The translations under genes were made by a program, and so were the position numbers. This document shows positions 57,935 to 64,000 of a stretch of 64,000 nt of DNA, piece after piece. Each line of letters begins with the position of its first letter. The first letter of the stretch is position 1. The DNA comes from an uncultured Christensenella sp. (lineage in GTDB: Bacteria > Bacillota > Clostridia > Christensenellales > UBA3700), in the NCBI GenBank assembly GCA_910583995.1, contig CAJTYW010000001.1:93366-157365 (forward strand), in the 5' to 3' direction. Below the pieces are notes generated by a model. The model saw only the letters and a program-made list of their open reading frames with translations. It had not been told where the DNA came from and made no database searches.

Positions 57935-58825
57935 ATGTATATTTGGAGTTTTTGTAAATCAATATTAAGACCTAAAAACATATTACCTGCTATTTATTTT
58001 TTGATAAATGCGGTTATTGTATTTTTTATTTTTGCGATATTACCTTTTCAAATAGTAGAAGATAGCACAATGAATTTTGTATATATGGGACTTATTGGTT
58101 TAGCTGTCAATTTGGTATTTATATTAATATCATTAACGCCGTTTGGTGAAGCTATTTGGCGTTTAAGAAATCGTATTAAAAAAGCACCTGAAGCAGCCTT
58201 AGAGAGTCAATGGATAATGGCAAATGAAGTTTTTGAAGAAGTTAAGGAAAAAGCTAATTCAATATCACGCAGTGTATCAAAAAAAGTTAAATTATATTAT
58301 GATGATTCAGATGATTTAAATGCTTTTGCTTTAGGACACAGGACAGTAATTGTTACACGCGGTATGTTATCGCAAGCTAATCCAGATATTTTAAAAGGTG
58401 TTTTAGCACACGAACTTGGGCATATTGCTCACGGCGATAGTGATTTAAAACTTGGTATAAATGTATCTAATAGCATTTTAATTATCTTTTTGACTATTGT
58501 TAACATTATTAATAACTTTATTATCGGATTGTTTTTAAGTACTAATAGCTCAATAATTCATATACTAGCTATGATATTAAAGTTTGTATTTGGAATATTA
58601 CTTATTGGTTTATTTAAAGTTTGGAACTGGATTGGTACACTTTGCATCAACTGGTCATCAAGAAAAGCCGAATTTGCTGCAGATAGCTATGCAAAAGAAT
58701 TAGGATATGGCGAAGAATTGGAAATTTTCTTGCGTTGTATTGACGATAAAGTAAAAACTAATAAATTTAGCTTAATGTTCCAAACTCACCCTGACACAGG
58801 CGATAGATTGAGTAATCTTGCATAA
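57935..58825 (+). CDS. M48-family (HtpX-like) membrane zinc metallopeptidase
   Basis: HELGHIAHGD zinc motif, TM helices on both sides, distal EFAAD. Confidence 0.8.
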   Translation: MYIWSFCKSILRPKNILPAIYFLINAVIVFFIFAILPFQIVEDSTMNFVYMGLIGLAVNLVFILISLTPFGEAIWRLRNRIKKAPEAALESQWIMANEVFEEVKEKANSISRSVSKKVKLYYDDSDDLNAFALGHRTVIVTRGMLSQANPDILKGVLAHELGHIAHGDSDLKLGINVSNSILIIFLTIVNIINNFIIGLFLSTNSSIIHILAMILKFVFGILLIGLFKVWNWIGTLCINWSSRKAEFAADSYAKELGYGEELEIFLRCIDDKVKTNKFSLMFQTHPDTGDRLSNLA

Positions 58826-58842
58826 GATATACATAAAAAATT

Positions 58843-58872
58843 AAATCCTTGCTGGTATGCAAGGATTTTTTT
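58843..58872 (+). terminator. Intrinsic terminator after the M48 gene
   Basis: aaatccttgc/gcaaggattt stem followed by TTTTT. Confidence 0.7.
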
Positions 58873-58890
58873 ATTAGAAAATAATTTATT

Positions 58891-58918
58891 AAAAAATCCC
58901 CTATTTTAAGGGGATTTT
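58891..58918 (-). terminator. Intrinsic terminator after the ATP-grasp gene (minus strand)
   Basis: aaaatcccct/aggggatttt stem with a T-run on the minus strand. Confidence 0.65.
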
Positions 58919-58919
58919 A

Positions 58920-59801
58920 TCATTTTTTTGATAATTCATTTATTATAAATTCTGCATAAATTTTTGCTACATTAATGTTAGTAACCTTTTCAAACATACC
59001 AAAAAAGGCATTTGAGTTTACTTCGCAAACAACAGGATTATTATCTTTGTCAATCAGCAAATCGATACCGCAGTAATCAAGTTTTAATACATTTACAACT
59101 TTTTCGCAAATTTCAATATATTCCTTATTTAAACTTTGTGCTGTACCCGTGCCACCAATTTCAATGTTTGAACGGAAATCTTGAGTATTTTGTCTGCACA
59201 TAGCACCTATACAATTTCCGCCAATTACAATGACTCTTATATCCATACCTTGACTTTCTTTAATAAAAGCTTGGTATAAATGAGGTTTCAATTTGATTTC
59301 GTTTGCTATTTGCTCTAGTTCTTCTCTATTGCGTGCAAGATAAATACCTTTACCGCAAGAACCATAATTTTCTTTTATTATAAGCGGATATCCAAGTTCA
59401 GATTCAACCTTATCTATTATACTTTTTTTAACTTTTACATCTTTATAGTAGCAAAGTACTCCACCAATTGTTTTAGGCATATTTATATCGTGATTTGCAA
59501 GTGCTATATGTGTCAAAAGTTTATCGTCACAAATTTCAATTGCTTTTGCATTATTGAAAACTTTAATATTTAGTGCTTCTAGCATTTTAAGAACGTGTAA
59601 ATCCTTATCTAAATAAATGCAAAAATCTATATTATTAATATTAACGCTATAATTGCCATTTTCAATAATTACTTGCATTTCGTCCGTATGCACAATGTCA
59701 ATCTCTACACTTAAGCAATTAAACTCTTCCTTAAGCCTTAATGCTTGATTTAGTTCAGATTTTGTTGTTGCATACGCATTTACTACTATTATTCCCTTCA
59801 T
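58920..59801 (-). CDS. RimK-family ATP-grasp ligase
   Basis: ATP-grasp pattern GYPLIIKENYGSCGKGIYL...DIRVIVIGG...R...GG...CGIDLL...VCEVNSNA. ATG 59801 has a GAGGT RBS. Confidence 0.75.
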   Translation of the reverse strand: MKGIIVVNAYATTKSELNQALRLKEEFNCLSVEIDIVHTDEMQVIIENGNYSVNINNIDFCIYLDKDLHVLKMLEALNIKVFNNAKAIEICDDKLLTHIALANHDINMPKTIGGVLCYYKDVKVKKSIIDKVESELGYPLIIKENYGSCGKGIYLARNREELEQIANEIKLKPHLYQAFIKESQGMDIRVIVIGGNCIGAMCRQNTQDFRSNIEIGGTGTAQSLNKEYIEICEKVVNVLKLDYCGIDLLIDKDNNPVVCEVNSNAFFGMFEKVTNINVAKIYAEFIINELSKK

Positions 59802-59874
59802 ATTTACCTCGTTATTCAGTATAACATAAATAACTAGAATATGCAAGGATAAAGTAAAAAATCATATACTTTAA

Positions 59875-60903
59875 TTATTTTACTATTCTATTTGTAATTA
59901 AAATGTCCATATCGCCTTCTATCAATGCGGAATCATAATTTAATATGCTAATTATACTGCTATAAATTTCGTGCATTTTTGGATTGTCATAGGCTTCTGA
60001 TAAATCCTTTGCTGCGATTTCCAATTGTTCTTTTGAAATATTTACTTTTAGTTTTGATTTTACATTTACGCTATCAATATACTTTTTACCGCTAAATATA
60101 CTTGTTTTAAATTTTGCAGTTGGGTTTTCAATATTTACAGCGTTTTTAAATATTCCACTTGCTGTTGTATCGGCAAAAGTATCAAATAAAATATGTTTTA
60201 GAGTATAATTTGATTTATTTATACAATTTTCGCAGTGGCGAGCTAAAAAGTTGTCTGAAATATGGCAAAACTCATTAAATTCACAGCTTACAGGTACTTC
60301 CTTACTCAAATTAAAAGTATCTTTATTTGTCGGTATATAAGTTGTAATTGGGTGACAATTTAATTCGCACAAAATTGCTTTGTAATCTTCATTATTTTTT
60401 AAATTGTCAAATTTAAATTCATATTTAACCGGTTTTGCAAGGTTTGCTTTAAACATATCTTTTACATTTAGAATTTGAATAGTACCAGCAGCAGTATTAT
60501 CATCAAATTCAAAGTTTGCTTTTAAACCTACTTTTGACCAAGCTTGCTCTAAATGCTTAACTTTTAAATCACCTTCTAACTTTTTGTAATCAAGTACCAT
60601 ATCAATTATACCTTTGACATCTTCGTTGATTTTTATTGACATATTTTTACGGGTTTCTATATTAATCAAAAGCTTTCCGTCTTTAAATTTTTTCTCAATA
60701 TCAAAAACTAAATTATCGATAGTCATCACTCCACCGATATTTAAATTTTTAAAACTTACTTGTTCGATGCTCTCGTTTTGAGTGGAATAGTCCCATACTT
60801 CTTTAGTTGAATTTGTAATTTCTTCAGTTGAAACATTTTTGTCACAACTTACAATACTTAACATTAACACAATGGATAAAAATACAATCAGTAGTTTTTT
60901 CAT
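59875..60903 (-). CDS. Putative lipoprotein (342 aa), paralog of the upstream gene, with a Cys-rich insert
   Basis: Signal peptide plus lipobox LSIVSC. Shares short collinear motifs with 61030-62067 (T-x-x-VW-x-x-x-T, F-x-x-x-x-x-F-x-D-x-K, KLKVN-x-SK). Confidence 0.65.
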   Translation of the reverse strand: MKKLLIVFLSIVLMLSIVSCDKNVSTEEITNSTKEVWDYSTQNESIEQVSFKNLNIGGVMTIDNLVFDIEKKFKDGKLLINIETRKNMSIKINEDVKGIIDMVLDYKKLEGDLKVKHLEQAWSKVGLKANFEFDDNTAAGTIQILNVKDMFKANLAKPVKYEFKFDNLKNNEDYKAILCELNCHPITTYIPTNKDTFNLSKEVPVSCEFNEFCHISDNFLARHCENCINKSNYTLKHILFDTFADTTASGIFKNAVNIENPTAKFKTSIFSGKKYIDSVNVKSKLKVNISKEQLEIAAKDLSEAYDNPKMHEIYSSIISILNYDSALIEGDMDILITNRIVK

Positions 60904-61029
60904 AACTTTACTCCTTATATGATTAGTTTAAAATAAAGTTGCAAATTTATACTGAAAGTTTGTATATTTGATTTATATAAAAAATAAATGTCACAAACCT
61001 GCGACATTTATTCATTAATTTTATTGATA

Positions 61030-62067
61030 TTAATTTAAAATATAAGTTGAATTTACATTAATACTACCAATCTCTATACAAGACACATTAGGCGTTGTTT
61101 CAAAAATTATATTATTTAAAATGGTTTTAATCATACCTGTAGCATTACCAAGATTACTATCTTCGCTAAGGTATTCTACTGCTTTTGAAAGAGCATCTAT
61201 CAACTCTTTTTTATTATATAAAAATTGAATTCTGTTTAAACTTACATTCATTTTTTTAATGAAATTGTTTTTAACTGTACAATTGCTTTTAGAACTGTTA
61301 ACTTTTAATTTTGTTGTAAGTAAAGTATTGTAGCCTACTCCGAAAATTTTTTTTATCTTGGTGTTTATGGAAACATAATCTGGAGAATCCTTATCAGGGT
61401 CAACGCTTTCAGCATATTCAATTGCGGACTTTATTATTTTACTAATACCTGATGGATTAAATTTTGCGCCGTCTGTTGTTGGTTCAAAAATTGAAGAATA
61501 ATGACTTGTAAACAAATCCATACAATTTTTTATTACTTCACTATAAGCACTATTAGTATCTATAATCTCACTACCCGTTTGCGTTTTGTTAAATTCAGGA
61601 GATTGATAACCAATACGCAATTTGATTGAATAATCTAGTTTTGTATTGTTTTCACTAAGCACTAAATCACCGCTTAATTCTTCAATACTGCTTAAAATTT
61701 CATTTAAATCATTAATATCTAACTCAATTTTTGTATCAGAAGGGATATTTGCAAGGATAATTGGAATCAATGGGCCTACGTTATCTGGAATAGCTTCTGC
61801 ATCAAACTCGTCCAAGTTAAAATGTACAGATATTTTATTATCGCTAAAAGTTCTTTTAAATGTAAATTTAGCTTTATTTATAATTAAAATTTCTGCAAGA
61901 TTAAAGTCTGATATTGTTATTACATCTGTAGCTTGTTTTTCAGTAGTGCTATTCCACACATTTTGAGTATTGTACACGGTATCTTGATTGATTTTACCAG
62001 AGCAACCTGTTAGTATACATATAAGCACGCAAACTGCTACTGCAATTAAAATGATATTTTTTTTCAT
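61030..62067 (-). CDS. Putative lipoprotein (345 aa)
   Basis: Signal peptide plus lipobox LTGC. No recognisable domain. Terminator-like hairpin at ~60985-61013 on the minus strand. Confidence 0.65.
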   Translation of the reverse strand: MKKNIILIAVAVCVLICILTGCSGKINQDTVYNTQNVWNSTTEKQATDVITISDFNLAEILIINKAKFTFKRTFSDNKISVHFNLDEFDAEAIPDNVGPLIPIILANIPSDTKIELDINDLNEILSSIEELSGDLVLSENNTKLDYSIKLRIGYQSPEFNKTQTGSEIIDTNSAYSEVIKNCMDLFTSHYSSIFEPTTDGAKFNPSGISKIIKSAIEYAESVDPDKDSPDYVSINTKIKKIFGVGYNTLLTTKLKVNSSKSNCTVKNNFIKKMNVSLNRIQFLYNKKELIDALSKAVEYLSEDSNLGNATGMIKTILNNIIFETTPNVSCIEIGSINVNSTYILN

Positions 62068-62151
62068 ATTCCCTCTGTTTAAATTTTTATACTTTCTATA
62101 ATCATTTTAATATATTTTTCACAATTTGTCAATATGATAAACTTTAGACTA

Positions 62152-62946
62152 TTATTTGCTACTTTTACTTATTAATATTTCACTGCCTTCGTCAATCAAT
62201 TTCTTTAAAGTTACATTGTCTTGTTTTTTCAAACAATCTGCATATTTTTGTAGCTCAATAATCACTGTTTCAATATCTGTAATAAGATTGTCACGATTAT
62301 TGTAAAACAAATCTACCCAAAGGTTGCTGTCCATTTTACCTACTCTTGTCAAATCTTCAAAGCTACCGCCTGTAAAACCATCACATTCAGATACGCAAGG
62401 GTTTTTGGCATAAGCGTTAGATAAAATATGGCATAACTGCGATGTGTAGCTTATGATTTTATCGTGCTTTAAAGCATCGGTATAAACTACATTGCCAAAT
62501 CCTAATAAATGTATTATCTCGTATATAATTTGTGGTGGATTTGGTGTAGTAACTACAATATTTGCACCATTAAATAAGTTTTCTTTTGAGTTAAAATAAC
62601 CGCCTACTTCTCGTCCTGCCATTGGGTGCAGACCGCAATAATTTAGATTGTACTTTTCTGCACACTCTTTAATAGCATTTTTTATACCGCAAACATCTGC
62701 AAGCAAAGTAGTACCGATTTTTGTATGGTTTTCTTGTATAAATTTTATACTACTAGTTGGAGATAGTGCTAAAAGCAATATATCCATTTGTGCAAAATCG
62801 GTTAATAATTTTGCATTGTTTTCAGCAGTAGCTGCGGAAATTACACATTCATCTTTGTCCAAAATAAAACATTCCACACCGCATTTGCTTAATCGCTTTA
62901 GCATTGAACCGCCGATTAAACCAACGCCTATAAAGCCAACTTTCAT
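62152..62946 (-). CDS. tyrA: Prephenate dehydrogenase
   Basis: N-terminal GxGxxG (FIGVGLIGGS), HPMAG motif. ATGA overlap with the aroF-like stop. Confidence 0.85.
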   Translation of the reverse strand: MKVGFIGVGLIGGSMLKRLSKCGVECFILDKDECVISAATAENNAKLLTDFAQMDILLLALSPTSSIKFIQENHTKIGTTLLADVCGIKNAIKECAEKYNLNYCGLHPMAGREVGGYFNSKENLFNGANIVVTTPNPPQIIYEIIHLLGFGNVVYTDALKHDKIISYTSQLCHILSNAYAKNPCVSECDGFTGGSFEDLTRVGKMDSNLWVDLFYNNRDNLITDIETVIIELQKYADCLKKQDNVTLKKLIDEGSEILISKSSK

Positions 62947-63956
62947 ACTAATGTTTTTCCTTCAAATTTAATTCTTGCTTTTACATCTTCCATTATTGTG
63001 TCAAATGTATCTGGAGTTATTGATTGCGCGCCATCACATAAAGCACAGCTTGGGTTATTATGAACTTCTATCATTGCACCATCTGCACCTGCACCGATAG
63101 CTGCTCTTACAAGTGGCTCTACTAGCCAAGTTTTACCTGTTGCGTGACTTGGGTCAACTATAATAGGCAAATGAGAAAGTCTTTTTAAAATAGGTACAGC
63201 ACTAATATCAAATGTGTTTCTTGTTGCAGTTTCATAAGTTCTTATACCACGCTCACATAAAATAACATTTTGGTTACCACCACTCATAATATACTCTGCA
63301 CTCATTAGCCACTCTTCAATTGTGCTAGAAAGTCCCCTTTTTAGCAAAATAGGTTTGTTTGAGTGACCTAATTCATAAAGCATATCAAAGTTTTGCATAT
63401 TTCTTGCACCTACTTGGATAACATCAACATCATCGAAATATTTAAGATTCATTATGTTTGTAAGCTCTGTAACAATAGGAAGTCCAGTTTCTTTTTTTGC
63501 AGCAAGCAAAAGTTTAATACCTTCCTGTTTTAAGCCTTGGAAAGCATAAGGCGAAGTTCTTGGCTTGTATGCACCGCCACGCAACATTGATGCACCAGCT
63601 GCTTTAACTCTTTTTGCAACTTCAATAATTTGCTCTTCAGATTCAACAGAACAAGGACCTGCTATCATATTGAAGTAGCCTTGACCGATTTTTCTTCCGC
63701 TAACTTCAACGATAGTGTCCTCTGGGTGAAATTTCCTATTAACGGCTTTGTACGGCTCGCTTACACGCTTTACATCGCTTACACACTCAAGATTGATAAT
63801 AGTTTGTGTATCAACCCTTGATGTATCGCCGATTACACCTAAAATGTGCGATTCGCTACCAATACTTTCGTGTACGGTAAGACCACGATTAGTAATGTTT
63901 TCTACTAAAGATTTGATTTGCTCTTGTTTTGCTCCGTCCTTTAAAATGATAATCAT
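62943..63956 (-). CDS. aroF: 3-deoxy-7-phosphoheptulonate (DAHP) synthase, type I-beta with N-terminal regulatory ferredoxin-like domain
   Basis: KDO8P/DAHP-I-beta pattern GPCSVES, LRGGAYKPRTSPY, KRG, DPSH. About 70-aa N-terminal extension as in Thermotoga-type enzymes. Confidence 0.88.
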   Translation of the reverse strand: MIIILKDGAKQEQIKSLVENITNRGLTVHESIGSESHILGVIGDTSRVDTQTIINLECVSDVKRVSEPYKAVNRKFHPEDTIVEVSGRKIGQGYFNMIAGPCSVESEEQIIEVAKRVKAAGASMLRGGAYKPRTSPYAFQGLKQEGIKLLLAAKKETGLPIVTELTNIMNLKYFDDVDVIQVGARNMQNFDMLYELGHSNKPILLKRGLSSTIEEWLMSAEYIMSGGNQNVILCERGIRTYETATRNTFDISAVPILKRLSHLPIIVDPSHATGKTWLVEPLVRAAIGAGADGAMIEVHNNPSCALCDGAQSITPDTFDTIMEDVKARIKFEGKTLV

Positions 63957-63973
63957 AAAAACTCCTTAAAAAA

Positions 63974-63997
63974 AGCGACCTTAACAATAAGGTCGCT
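63974..63997 (-). terminator. Terminator/attenuator hairpin immediately upstream of the aroF RBS
   Basis: agcgacctt/aaggtcgct stem, loop of 6. On the minus strand it is followed by a run of seven T, then AAGGAG and the ATG. Confidence 0.5.
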
Positions 63998-64000
63998 AAA

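Overview
The window is very AT-rich and looks like chromosomal DNA from a low-GC, Clostridia-like Firmicute. Supporting this: a type-A (E. coli-like) RNase P RNA, the sporulation gene ytfJ/gerW, Bacillus/Clostridium-type synteny (dgt-dnaG-rpoD-trmK-nif3-DUF164; smc-ftsY; scpA-scpB-...-dacB-...-rluB; miaB-mutS-mutL-miaA-ynbB), strong GGAGG-type ribosome-binding sites (RBS) and many near-consensus sigmaA promoters.

Roughly 1-51 kb is housekeeping. Three things interrupt it: a cell-envelope O-acylation pair (MBOAT plus AlgX/DHHW-like), an isolated tyrosine recombinase gene surrounded by about 1.3 kb of non-coding DNA, and a single giant (about 2,456 aa) cyclic beta-1,2-glucan-synthase-like gene. 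After rnpB and tRNA-Arg(CCU), about 51.9-62 kb is a patch of small, mostly monocistronic accessory genes, before aromatic amino acid genes (tyrA, aroF) resume.

I saw no rRNA, CRISPR array, transposase or reverse transcriptase.

The most interesting candidates are:
- A translationally coupled two-gene module next to tRNA-Arg (53638..52668, minus strand). A 203-aa protein carries a MuF/SPP1-gp7-like C-x2-C...H-x-N-C-x-C knuckle plus an unrecognised C-terminal domain. It is followed by a 120-aa DUF4926-like partner. I read this as a possible orphan toxin/immunity or abortive-infection module.
- Twin 28-bp palindromes bracketing the promoter of a purine-type NCS2 permease.
- A leaderless-looking tyrosine recombinase gene followed by an array of GATTTTT motifs spaced about 34 bp apart.
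- A duplicated tRNA 5' half that forms a structured leader.
- Several structured non-coding elements I cannot explain.

All functional calls rest on motif recognition by eye and remembered family patterns. No searches were run.
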